Source: Selaginella moellendorffii (taxonomy: Eukaryota > Plantae > Lycopodiophyta). From it: a DNA stretch of 64,000 nucleotides. The notes under the pieces were generated by a model. That model was not told the DNA's origin. It searched no databases and saw only the letters and a list, made by a program, of their open reading frames with translations. The position numbers and the translations under genes are program-made. Shown piece by piece: positions 47,901 to 58,648 of this stretch (its first letter is position 1; each line of letters begins with the position of its first letter). The DNA lies in the NCBI RefSeq assembly GCF_000143415.4, contig NW_003314273.1:754074-818073 (forward strand), given 5' to 3'.

Positions 47901-48473
47901 GAGTGCGCGGCATCGATGAAGCACGGAGAAGGGAAGGTGTCGCAGGCCGGTTTCGACGTCCAGACGGTGGGGAAGGACTTCTCCTACACGCTGAGGAGCG
48001 AGACAAGGTTCAGCAACTTCAAGAAGAACAAGACGATCGCCGGCCTAGCGATGACGATGATCGGCGACACTCTGGCTTACGGGATGAAGATCGAGGACAG
48101 GCTGATGATCGGGAGGAGAGTGAAGGTGGTGATGAACGGGGGCGCGCTCACCGGGAAGGGAGACACTGCCTATGGAGGCACGGTGGAGATCAGCCTGAGG
48201 GACAAGGATTTCCCGCTGGGACGATCGCTCTCGACGTGTGGACTGTCGGTGATGAACTGGCACGGCGATATGGCTCTCGGGGGTAACTTACAGTCGCAGT
48301 TCATGGTCGGGAAGACAATGGTGGTGGCTCGCGGCAATCTAAATAACCGTGGAGCTGGGCAGATCACTATTAGGCTGAGCTCCTCGGAGCAGCTCCAGAT
48401 CGCTCTCATCGGGGTCATGCCACTCATCAAGGCTCTCTTCAACTCCAAGTTTGGAACCGGCCAGCAAGCTTGA
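44910..48473 (+). CDS. Translocase of chloroplast TOC159 family (TOC132/120-like); probable in-frame 60-nt intron at 45868-45927
   Basis: Acidic A-domain, G-domain GKSGVGKSATINS/IDTPGL, and M-domain ending SSSEQLQIALIG. Confidence 0.93.
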   Translation: MEPAAADGIPEATADLPEESKNAALEESAASPGKIEAAVSDFPGEKEVSSPIPIRAPVSEDVEDGGDSTGSGESFDSALERMAGSSTASFDSAASPRAQVIEESDTARVMPKAVLSSEDKRGGSSSSSSSSSSSSDDDEEGEKGVESTGETGDFDDSAMPVAKVSTEDLESEQADEPVEKIGDMDGEEEEGEEETNPEPEAVEPQSAQGLRVSTDDFDTKVADEDEPRAIEEPQSAEGLRVLGADDDGPEGSDEPMIAEKIEEPAEKIEGEKVHEEPQTERVEGGPVAEEVQAGPEEQPKEPGKEPVKEPSDIVDRIENGKVFYSSCGVFIHTDMDYFPDKKPEDDENEKHEEVDYKKPEEAGNEKHGEADVIGSAAEAVRSQEEREPVPETDSDEEEEEEVDTSAALRAFAQAAAATETPSLGSAGPSLPAKPTATRLLSSIEGARNTQVAAHNPSGGSETTTAVEAADTNGEPNDENVETREKLQMIRVKFLRLAQRLGQSANNAVVAQVLYRLGLAEQLRGGRSSSRNSAFRFERASAIAEEQEAAGQEELDFTCTIMVLGKSGVGKSATINSLFDEAKTETNAFAYSTKKVQEITGTVHGIKLRVIDTPGLLPAVADQRHNEKIMASVKRFIKKSPPDIVLYFDRLDMQSRDYGDLPLLRTITDTFGAAIWFNAIVVLTHASSAPPDGPNGLPLSYEMFVAQRSHVVQQTIRQAAGDMRLMNPVSLVENHSACRTNRSGERVLPNGQVWKPQLLLLCFASKILAEANSLLKLQESTPGKPFMRSKVPPLPFLLSSLLQSRPPLKHSDENAVGEDDTDDDIEDVEDSDEEDYDELPPFRRLTRDELDQLDKSSRDEYFEELQMREKLFQKKQWKEEIRRRREMKKRAASSDSAEEYPAPVDDGYDDDNKSAPVPVPLPDMQLPPTFDSDNPVHRYRYLETASQWLVRPVMDLHGWDRDSGYDGFNMERMFTYGKIPASLSGQVTKDKKEANVTLECAASMKHGEGKVSQAGFDVQTVGKDFSYTLRSETRFSNFKKNKTIAGLAMTMIGDTLAYGMKIEDRLMIGRRVKVVMNGGALTGKGDTAYGGTVEISLRDKDFPLGRSLSTCGLSVMNWHGDMALGGNLQSQFMVGKTMVVARGNLNNRGAGQITIRLSSSEQLQIALIGVMPLIKALFNSKFGTGQQA

Positions 48474-49091
48474 CGAGGTTTGCTGCTATTGCTACTGCTT
48501 TTTCTTCTTACTGCTGCTGCTACGCTCCAGGGACGCTTTATGTTTGGATGTTTTTTTCGCTTCTTTTCTTTCGTTATTCTAGCTCCATAAGTTCGTGTGT
48601 TGTGTGATTGGTTGACAGTTGCACAGCACAGGAAGGATGTGAACAAAACAAGTCTGCTGACAGGCAAGACTTTTTTGTAGTTTTATATTTTGTTTCGTTT
48701 CATGCAGCGTCGTTTCGTGTTTGTGACGAGCTTTTCTCTCACCAGGTTTTTGCAAGGAAAGAAGAGGAGAGAAAAAAGCTTTGCCATAAGTTTTGGCTGT
48801 GCTGGGTGGCTGCGTCGCCGTCGTGCCGGCCCGGCAACCCCGAGTTGGCTCCAGATGGCCGAGAGAATCGAGCAGACGAGACCGAGTTTTTTGGCCGGGC
48901 CGGCCAGAGAAGAGAAAAGACCTCTCCGAAGGAAGCAACGACGAAACTTGGGTGAAAGACTCACAAAAGAGGGTCGTCGGGATGCACGTAGGGGGCTGCT
49001 GCGAGATATGATCTTGGGCGCTGCTCGGGCTTGAGAATTTGGCGACGCAGTACGCCAGATCTCTCGAGCCGCGAGGAAAAATCCAGTTTTG

Positions 49092-49511
49092 ATGGGTCTA
49101 GAGGCGGCGGCGGCGGTGGATCCGGCGGGTGCTGGCTTCATGGACTACTTCCCGGTGATGGCCAGGCGGCTGGGCGAGCAGGACTTCATGGAGGAGCTGT
49201 GCAAGGGGTTCGAGCTCCTGGCGGACCCGGCGACGGGGACGATCACGCTGGGCAGCCTCAAGAGGAATGCGGCGCTGCTGGGGCTGGAGGAGCTGGGCGA
49301 GGAGGAGCTCCGGGCGATGGTGGTGCAGGGGGACTACGACGGCGATGGCGCGCTCAACCAGCACGAGTTTTGCATCCTCATGGTGAGAATGAGCCCGTCG
49401 CTGCTGTGCGAGGCCGAGGAGTGGCTCGAGGACGCCATCGGGGACGAGCTCCTCGAGGAATTTGGGGATTGGGCCATGGACGAGGACGACTGCGGCGCAG
49501 GTTCTCTGTAG
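49092..49511 (+). CDS. KIC/PBP1-like EF-hand calcium-binding protein
   Basis: DYFPVMARRLG...ELCKGFELLAD...GDYDGDGALNQHEFCILMVRMSP. Confidence 0.9.
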   Translation: MGLEAAAAVDPAGAGFMDYFPVMARRLGEQDFMEELCKGFELLADPATGTITLGSLKRNAALLGLEELGEEELRAMVVQGDYDGDGALNQHEFCILMVRMSPSLLCEAEEWLEDAIGDELLEEFGDWAMDEDDCGAGSL

Positions 49512-50319
49512 CCACTCCTCTGTGGGGACGAAGAACGAATATTCGCCCTGGGTAGCATAGGCCTGAATATTCGCTAGGGCTGGATATTCCTTGGGATATT
49601 TTTTTTCTTGTTGGGTGGGTGGTTTCCATCGTTGGAATCAATATAACGTTTCTTGAAAGAAATGCTCTGGAAGGATAACAACGAAATAGCTGCCCGGGCA
49701 AGGGAATATCTACCGCGCCGGAATGAATGATTCTTGTCACCACCGGTTTCCAACGGCCAGCGATGGGCGGGGATTCTGCAACGGAATTTCTGGACGGTCC
49801 CGATGGCCGGAATCCTACCGTTGGGATAGGGGTTATGTAGCACGTAGAAAGTAAATATGATGTTTACTCGTTCATTCCATTTTCCATTCCCTTCTTTCTT
49901 CCGGGCTTCTTCTTTTGGGCTCGAGGAAGGATCCATGCGCGATTCTGCGCACGCCATGGCTTCCTGGGCGGAGATCCGTCGTCTAAAATGACCAGCGCAC
50001 TCACTCGCCATGGAATCTTTAGGGCGCTGGAAAGGAATGTAGCTCCCTAGCTAGGGATTGGGGTGCGCAGAGGCAACACGACACGGCAGTGGCAGTCGAT
50101 CGATCGCGAGGAGGATTTTTTAATCGGTGAGTGGAGCAGGGACAGGTGCGCTGTTGCTGAAATTTCCACCGGCATGATGTCTATCGGCGTGGAAATCCTC
50201 TGCCATAGCCGGTTTCTTGCGAGCATTCCCAGTTCTTGGAATAATCTCTACTGCCAGCGGGGGGAATTCGTTGCTGGATCTGGATTCTTGGATTTTTGAT
50301 TCGCGGGGCTCGACGAAGA

Positions 50320-52029
50320 ATGGGGCAGGCTGGATCGTCCATCGCTTGCACGTACATTGAGGAATCGGAGCACGACTACCTCCTCCAGATTCCAAGCCGG
50401 CACCACGGCCAATTCGAGCAGGCAAAGTTTGGGAAATTTCTCCTCCAGCAGCAAGAACACCAGCTGCTCCAGCAGCAGCAGCTCCAACAGCATCGCCATC
50501 GCGCTCTAGATCTTCTGGAACTCGAGTCTCAAGATGGAGAGGAGGAGGAAGAAGAGTGGGTCGAGCAGGAGGATCTCACGTTGCTTGTGCCGGACGAATG
50601 CCTCGAGTGGATCTTACACAAGCTCAGCCCGGGCGACAGGACCCAGAGCTCTCTCGTGTGCCGGCGATGGCACCGATTGGAAGGACGCAGCCGGACGCAG
50701 CTGTCGCTGGCAGCTCACGCGGACGTGATGCCATTCCTCCCGCGAATTTGCTCGCGGTTCGTCCAGCTTACCAAGATCACGCTCAAGTGCGATAGGAGAG
50801 ATCCCAGCATCAACGACCGGGCGCTGGTTCTCATCTCCAAGCACTGCAAGGGGCTCGTCAAGCTCAAGCTTAAGGGATGCAAGGACGTGACCGACGAAGG
50901 CATCGACCACTTCTCACGGGTGGCGCGCTCGCTCAAGAAGTTCTCGTGTGGATCCTGCGGGTTTGGGCCGCTGGGTCTGAATTGCCTGCTCCAGCGCTGC
51001 GCTGATCTGGAGAGCCTGGCAGTGAAGAGGCTCCGGGGGATCTCTCAGGCTTTTCCAGAGCTGCTCATCTCGCCCGGGTGTGGGCGGATCAGGAAGCTGT
51101 GCCTCAAGGAGCTGCGCAACGCGAGGCTGTTTGGGCCGCTGATCATCGGCTCCCCGAATCTCCAGGTCCTCCGGCTCTCCAAGAACTTGGGACACTGGGA
51201 CAAGCTCCTCGAGGCCATCACCGAGCACCTCCCGCACCTCCTGGAGCTCCACGTCGAGAGGCTCCAGCTGAGCGATCGCGGCCTCCAGGCGGTGGCGCAG
51301 TGCAAGTCCCTCGAGGCGCTCTACGTCGTCAAGGCGTCCGAGTGCACCAACTTTGGCCTCTCGGCGGTGGCGTTTGGCTGCCGCCACCTCAAGCGCCTCC
51401 GGCTCGACGGCTGGCGCTCGGGCCGGATCGGCGACGAGGGGCTCATCTCCATCGCCAAGCGCTGCCGGGAGCTCCAGGAGCTGGTGCTCATCCGGCTGAG
51501 CATCAGCGTGGGGAGCCTCACCATCATCGGCTCCAACTGCGCCAGCTTGGAGAGGCTGGCGGTGTGCAACTGCGAGAGCTTTGGCGACGCGGAGCTGTGC
51601 TGCATCGCCACCCGCTTCCGCGCGCTCCGGAAGCTGTGCATCCGGTCGTGCTCGATCACCAACTTGGGAGTGGAGGGGCTCGGGAATGGATGCCCGGCGC
51701 TCACCCGGCTCAAGGTCCGGAATTGCAACCAGGTGACGAGCGAAGGCATCGGGAATTTGCGAGTGAGACTGATGCGACCAGTGTGGATAAGTCTCCTCAA
51801 CGACGTCATGCCGGTTCCTCTGAGTGTTCTTCCGGCGGTGGCGGAGGGGGAGATCACCGCTCACAACGCCACCGCCAGCGCCAATCACTCCACGCAAGGG
51901 GTGGTGAATCACAGTGGCAGCAACAGGATCCACCGGGCTTTCCAGGGAAGCTCGCAGATGATGAAGAGCAAGCTCAACTGGGCGACTGGAAACGCGGCCG
52001 CGGTGTCGTGCTACTGTGCCAAGCCGTGA
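50320..52029 (+). CDS. F-box/LRR protein, VFB/SKIP2-like
   Basis: MGQ start, PDECL...SLVCRRW F-box, LKCDRR, LKKFSCGSCGFG, and LRRs. Confidence 0.88.
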   Translation: MGQAGSSIACTYIEESEHDYLLQIPSRHHGQFEQAKFGKFLLQQQEHQLLQQQQLQQHRHRALDLLELESQDGEEEEEEWVEQEDLTLLVPDECLEWILHKLSPGDRTQSSLVCRRWHRLEGRSRTQLSLAAHADVMPFLPRICSRFVQLTKITLKCDRRDPSINDRALVLISKHCKGLVKLKLKGCKDVTDEGIDHFSRVARSLKKFSCGSCGFGPLGLNCLLQRCADLESLAVKRLRGISQAFPELLISPGCGRIRKLCLKELRNARLFGPLIIGSPNLQVLRLSKNLGHWDKLLEAITEHLPHLLELHVERLQLSDRGLQAVAQCKSLEALYVVKASECTNFGLSAVAFGCRHLKRLRLDGWRSGRIGDEGLISIAKRCRELQELVLIRLSISVGSLTIIGSNCASLERLAVCNCESFGDAELCCIATRFRALRKLCIRSCSITNLGVEGLGNGCPALTRLKVRNCNQVTSEGIGNLRVRLMRPVWISLLNDVMPVPLSVLPAVAEGEITAHNATASANHSTQGVVNHSGSNRIHRAFQGSSQMMKSKLNWATGNAAAVSCYCAKP

Positions 52030-53012
52030 TCGATTCGATGATCTCTTGGTGACAACAAGCAAGCTCGCTCAGTTAGTCAAGCCAATCAAATCAAGGATTC
52101 ATGCGAGAGATCGACTTCGATTCGAGGAGCAAGCTGGAGATCGCGACGAAGGATCGGCGTCGACAACGATGAATCCATCCATCGCTCCAGGCAGGCCAGG
52201 CTCGTTTTTTTTTTTTCTACTTCTTTTCTTTCATTGGATTTGATCGTTCTCATCTTTTGCTCTCTTTCCTGCTGCTGATTTCGTCTCTTGTGGTTGAAAA
52301 GTAGTCATCTGCGATGATCTGTTGATCTATTTTTCGTGTGGTTCTCTCTCTCTCTCTTTTCTTAATTTTCTTTTATCTGGTGACCGACCATGTGGTTTAT
52401 CTGACACCGATGTTTTCTTTAGATGATCACGACGGGTCTCTCGCCATTAAATATCTTATCATCAAAAACTTTTTATATGGTTCATGCTCATTCATTGCTA
52501 ATCTAAGCAAGGGATCAATCAATATCGAAGTTTGTTGCTAAGCTTCGTGACAAAGCATCCATTGAGTTCGTTAACAACGATAGGATTTCGGAATAATGAG
52601 ATTTTATGAATTTTTATACATAAAAACTTTTGTTTCCAAAATGTTATCTTTTTTTACAAAATCATGGAAAAAAACATTGGAAAGCTGACCCCATTTTGGA
52701 CAGCAAACCATCACCACAAGCGATACGATTGGCATATTCGCGGAGCTTTATGCTCCGCCGTAGATTATTCTCGAAGGCTCTAGATGCCGCACGCCTCCAT
52801 CCAACGACCGGGCCCGCGCCACGTCACGCTTTTCGTTTCTTTTTCTTCTTCAGGGTTTTTGACTGCCACAGAGATTAGGGTTCCGATAGCGCGAGCACTC
52901 GAGGAGTAGCGGAAGAGGTAAAATCCCGAGGCATTTCCTCCCAGATCTTCGATATTTCGGGTCGCATTTCCATTGGAATCGCGGGATTGATTGATTCTTT
53001 TCCAGCGCGGCG

Positions 53013-53519
53013 ATGGATGCCAACGGCGTTGTGGCCGTCTATGGCAATGGCGCCATCGCGGAGCCCAAGAAGGCGTCCTACGCCGTCAAGGTCGGCCTGG
53101 CGCAGATGCTGCGCGGCGGCGTGATCATGGACGTGGTGAACGCCGAGCAGGCCCGGATCGCGGAGGAGGCCGGCGCCGTGGCGGTGATGGCGCTGGAGCG
53201 CGTCCCGGCGGACATCCGCGCCGAGGGAGGCGTGGCCCGGATGAGCGACCCGGGCATGATCAAGGAGATAAAGAAGGCGGTGACGATCCCGGTGATGGCC
53301 AAGGCGCGCATCGGCCACTTCGTGGAGGGCCAGGTGCTGGAGTCGATCGGCGTGGACTTCGTGGACGAGAGCGAGGTCCTCACGCCCGCGGACGACGCCA
53401 ACCACATCAACAAGCACAACTTCCACGTCCCCTTCGTGTGTGGCTGCCGCAACCTGGGCGAGGCGCTGCGCCGGATCACCGAGGGCGCCGCCATGATCCG
53501 GACCAAGGGCGAGGCGGGC

Positions 53520-53550
<31 letters not shown>

Positions 53551-53942
53551 TCCGATCGCTCATGGGCGACATCCGGCGGCTGCGCAGCCTGGACGAGGAC
53601 GAGGTCTTCAGCTTCGCCAAGGAGATTGGCGCTCCTTACGAGCTGGTGAGGCAGACCAAGCAGCTGGGGCGGCTCCCGGTGGTGAACTTCGCGGCGGGCG
53701 GGGTGGCGACGCCCGCGGACGCGGCGCTGATGATGCAGCTGGGATGCGATGGAGTGTTCGTGGGGTCGGGGATCTTCAAGAGTGGGAACCCGGCGGCGCG
53801 AGCTCGAGCGATTGTCACGGCGGTGACACACTACAATGATCCGCACGTAGTGGCGGAGGTGAGCTGCGGGCTCGGCGAGGCCATGGTGGGGATCAATCTC
53901 AACGATGCCAAGGTGGAGCGCTATGCGGCGAGATCGGAGTAG
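53013..53942 (+). CDS. PDX1: Pyridoxal 5'-phosphate synthase subunit
   Basis: [52 protein letters not shown]. Confidence 0.97.
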
Positions 53943-54263
53943 AGGCCAAAGAGAGAGAGAGAGAGACGTGTAGTGGCCAAAGAGAGAATGAAGAAACCAT
54001 GTCCAAGTAGCGATATATCGAAAAAGTGTCGACCTAAAAGGGGTGTACCAAGTAAATAAAAGTAAAAGCGAATCTATAATACGATTTATTGACATGAATA
54101 AAAAAAAATTAATTACAAAATATATTCGGGAAATCCATTTGGTGATTTTTAAAAAAGAATACAAGAGCTTCCAATAACAATATTTCCATCAATCAGAATA
54201 GAATCAACAATGCAAAGACTTCCAAGATTGCACATCACCATGTCAAGAATACAACTATAGATA

Positions 54264-55210
54264 ATGAAATTACCACTTGCATCGCAGAATCAGCACCTCC
54301 TCCACCAGTATATAATCCCGCAGCACCACCACCACTCAGGCAAAAGAAAGAATGGCTTCCTCCGCCACCTTTCTGGCACGCTCTGCCCCACCGCGCTCTT
54401 CACCTTCTCGGACTCCCTCAGCGACTCAGGCAACCGCTACCGCGAGGGCATGGGCAGCGGCGACACCCTCTCCGCCCTCGCGGGCAGGGACCCCTACGGC
54501 GTCACCTACGGCAGGCCCACGGGACGCTACAGCGACGGCCTCCTCATCCCCGACTTGCTCATCTCCAAGCTCCGCCTCGAGAACCTGGCCATCGCCAGCC
54601 TCTCCTACAACGGCAGCGAGTTCGTCAGCCTCAACTTTGGCTACGCCGGCGCCACCGTCATCCCGGTCCAGGGCAACCAGCCCCTCTCCAGCCCCCATAT
54701 CTTGTCCACGCAAGTCCAGGACTTCCTGCGCCACCAGAAGAGCACCATCGCGCGGTATGGGCGCCAGAGCACTTGGACAAGGATGGGTGCATTGTGGAGG
54801 TTGGCGAGCTCGTCAGCGTCTTTAACTCGGCCATGCAGACGATGGCAGGGGAGCTCCGGCAGAATTACACGGGGGTCAATGTTTACTACTTTGATTGGAA
54901 TGCGGCCAACACTGAGGTGATCGAGAACATGGATACGTATGGATTCACGACGAATCTTAAGTCGTGCTGCGGTGGCGGAGGGCAATACAACTGCGATGGA
55001 GGTGGCCTGTGCGGGTGTGGGACTGCCAATGTTTCATACACAGTTTGTGAGGACTCGGATGAGTATACTACCTTCGATGGTGTTCACTATACAGAGCACT
55101 TTTACAGGATTATGACCGACTTTATTTTGGCTGGGCAGTACATCTCCCCAAATGTGACCCTGCAGAAGGGTTGCAAGGTCATCCCAGAAGAGCCAGCAGG
55201 TCCACTCTAG
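54264..55210 (+). pseudogene. GDSL esterase/lipase with internal deletion and frameshift near 54770
   Basis: Block I FSDSLSDSGN, PTGRYSDG and NFGYAGA are in one frame; CCGGGG and FDGVHYTE are in another. Block III (GxND) is missing. Confidence 0.75.
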
Positions 55211-55369
55211 AAATTCGTATTTATTTTTGTTTCCCCATTATTATGTTTAACCCATTTTTGTTTCCCCATTATTAATGTTTAACCTACTTTAATCACTGAA
55301 TATAAAGAATCATTTTTAGCACTGAACACTGTTTTGTTAAGTTATAAAAAAGTTCACACAATGTGTGAA

Positions 55370-56197
55370 TCAAAGTGTTTTCTTCTTTTGGAGCCAGGGA
55401 TGTTTCAAGGCCGCCTCCAACGTGATCCTCCTCCATGGGTCCTTTTCAGTCATCTTCATAATCAGATCCTGCGCAGCTTTAGGGCTCTGCTCAAAAACAA
55501 GCCTCCTCTCCTCGAAGAAACACTCGCCATGTGGATCAAACCCGTCAAACGGCCTCTTCATCTCCAACATGAAGTAGAGGATCAATCCCAGCGCAAACAC
55601 ATCCACCTTCTCGTCATATCCCCCGCCGCTCACAATCTCCGGCGCCCAGTATCTCCTCGTCCCCACTTCGCCCTGAATTCTAAGCGGAGAGCCCCTGGGA
55701 CGACTGCTACAATCCACCGCCACACCAAAGTCCGCCACCTTTAGCTCCCCCTTTTTGGTCACGAGTATGTTCTCCGGCTTGAGGTCGCGGTGCACGACCT
55801 CAAGCCTGTGCATAGCCTGTACGGTCTGCACAAGGTGGCGGAAGTGATTCGCCAGCGTCGGGACATGGTACGGCATAAGCTCCGTACCCAAGGCCGCCAT
55901 CAGATCGCTCGCGCACAGCTCCATCACAAGGCAAGTACACTCCGAGTCCTTATGTGCTTTGTGCAGTGACACTACTCCCTCCAGCCCATGTAGCTTTCGC
56001 ATGATCTTACCCTCGTGATCACACAAGTTGGCGTGTTTGCTATCCATCACCTTGCATGCCTCTGTTTTCGCGTGGAAAAACTTCGTTTTCCTCTTGGAAA
56101 CGAACACCGACCCATAAGCTCCACCACCAAGACGACCCAAAACCTGGTAATGGGATTCCAGCCACGCACTCGTCGACTCCACTTCCGCGCTCGCCAT
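55370..56197 (-). CDS. Minimal intronless Ser/Thr kinase (CAMK-like)
   Basis: GGGAYG, ACK, HRDLKPEN, DFG, APE, DVFALG. Confidence 0.9.
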   Translation of the reverse strand: MASAEVESTSAWLESHYQVLGRLGGGAYGSVFVSKRKTKFFHAKTEACKVMDSKHANLCDHEGKIMRKLHGLEGVVSLHKAHKDSECTCLVMELCASDLMAALGTELMPYHVPTLANHFRHLVQTVQAMHRLEVVHRDLKPENILVTKKGELKVADFGVAVDCSSRPRGSPLRIQGEVGTRRYWAPEIVSGGGYDEKVDVFALGLILYFMLEMKRPFDGFDPHGECFFEERRLVFEQSPKAAQDLIMKMTEKDPWRRITLEAALKHPWLQKKKTL

Positions 56198-56278
56198 TAC
56201 AAACCCTAGTTGCTTTTGGCCTATTTTATAGAATTTAACAAAAAGGGTGATTAAGTTTAAGCTCGCCTTAAACAAGCT

Positions 56279-57359
56279 CTAAGTTGCAAGCCAAACAAGG
56301 TGGCGGGCGCGCAGCCAATTCACAGCCACATTCATGCCAATGGCGATGGCGAAAGCCACCAGGATTGGAGGCGACGTCCAGGCCTCGGGTTTGTCCACTC
56401 TCTTCTCCGGAGCCGCCCAGTTCATGTAGATCGCGAGGAGGAGATAGGTGGCGATGGCGGGAGCTTGGACGATCGGCCTCCCCACCGCCACCAGCGTCGC
56501 CACGCTTGGTAGCAGCGCCGTCACCACGTCCCTGTTGCGGAGATACGAGGCCGCCGAGAGGAGCGCGAGGATGATCGCGGTGACGGCGAAGTCCCAGATG
56601 TGGAGGTAGGCTCCCACGCCCGCGAGGGTGGCGAGCCGGACGATCCATGGCTGGTTGGCGGCCTTGGACCTCACGGCCTCGCCCAGGCTGACGACCGCGG
56701 AGGTGAGAGCGATGGTGGTGAGGAGGCCCCAGACTGGCGCGTAGTCGACGATGAAGTGGTAGAGGTCGACGAGGAACAGCCCCGCCCAGCCAAAGTATGT
56801 GACTGTCCACACTGTTGTGTCCTTCGCGTGGAGTGCCAGGAGCTTGGCGACGAGCATGCCCAGAGCTTTGAGGAGCTCCCAGAGCTCCACGAAGAAGCCG
56901 GGCCAGCGAGCGAGCTCCTCGAAGATCACCCTTCGCATCAGGAAGACGAACACGGCACCTGGAGGGAGATTCAGGGTATTAATACCCTGTTTAAGCGAGA
57001 TTTCTGTCGAGGAGTGGAAGGATCTGTGACTTACAGGATGTCCAGAGGAGATATCTCGGGCGCTCCACCGGCCTGTGCGCCAGATGCTGGAAGGTCTTTT
57101 GGAGCCGGCGCTGCTTCTTCTTTGGCGCCGCCTTGGTGCCATCCTCCTCTCCTTGCTGCTGCGCCTCCTGATAATCCGAGCCTGTGGAAGAAGAGGCAGC
57201 TCGAGCGGCGAAAATGGAGGATAAGCTTGGCAGCCGCTGCCGCTGCAAGGAATGCGGAAGAGCCCTAGCGCGAGATCTATCCCCGCAAGCACGAGGAGAT
57301 TGGAACGAGGGCCAGGGTCGCTGCCCTGGCCGCAGCGCCAGTGAAACTCCAGTCGCCAT
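56279..57359 (-). CDS. Plastid multi-pass membrane protein, EMB1923-like, 2 exons (76-nt intron)
   Basis: Transit-like exon 1 ending PRYLLWTS splices in frame to CAVFVFLMRR...RDVVTALLP...RHLVWLAT. Family assignment is from memory. Confidence 0.6.
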
Positions 57360-57574
57360 AGCTATGGCGACATTGCCCCTGCCCTAAAATTTCAAAATCG
57401 TGTCGTGCGTGTGCCCTAGATGTGCCTAGTCAGCACAAGTTCTAGCCCAGTCAGCACGTGTCGTTAGATAAAGCTTTAATGTGGCATTAAAAAATTTTGT
57501 TGTCACTATCCAAGCTTCTAGGGTTTATAGGGAGGAAGTGTTTATTTCTTTTAGCGCCTTGCCGCCTTTGCTGA

Positions 57575-58403
<829 letters not shown>

Positions 58404-58648
58404 AGGATCTCTAGCTGGTTTCGATCGATCCATCTGGTATGTGCCAAGTTTTCGGAGTTCCTTCTTGATCTCATGTGTGTTCTTGTGTTTCCTTTCCAGG
58501 GTAGCAATGTTTAGATCACGCGTCAAGGCTTGGGTGGTTCTCTGATAGCTACGAATTCTTTTGCTCCTTCTAGGTAGCAGATTCTTTAAATACTTTTTTC
58601 TCTCTTCAACTACTTTCGTGTGTGCTTTTACCTGCGCTTGAAGAGTTC

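Noticed and set aside
50914-54164. Long antisense or alternate-frame ORFs over GC-rich genes (also 59087-60466, 44681-46148, 23389-24576)
   Set aside because: Expected shadows of high-GC3 coding sequence, with no recognisable domains.
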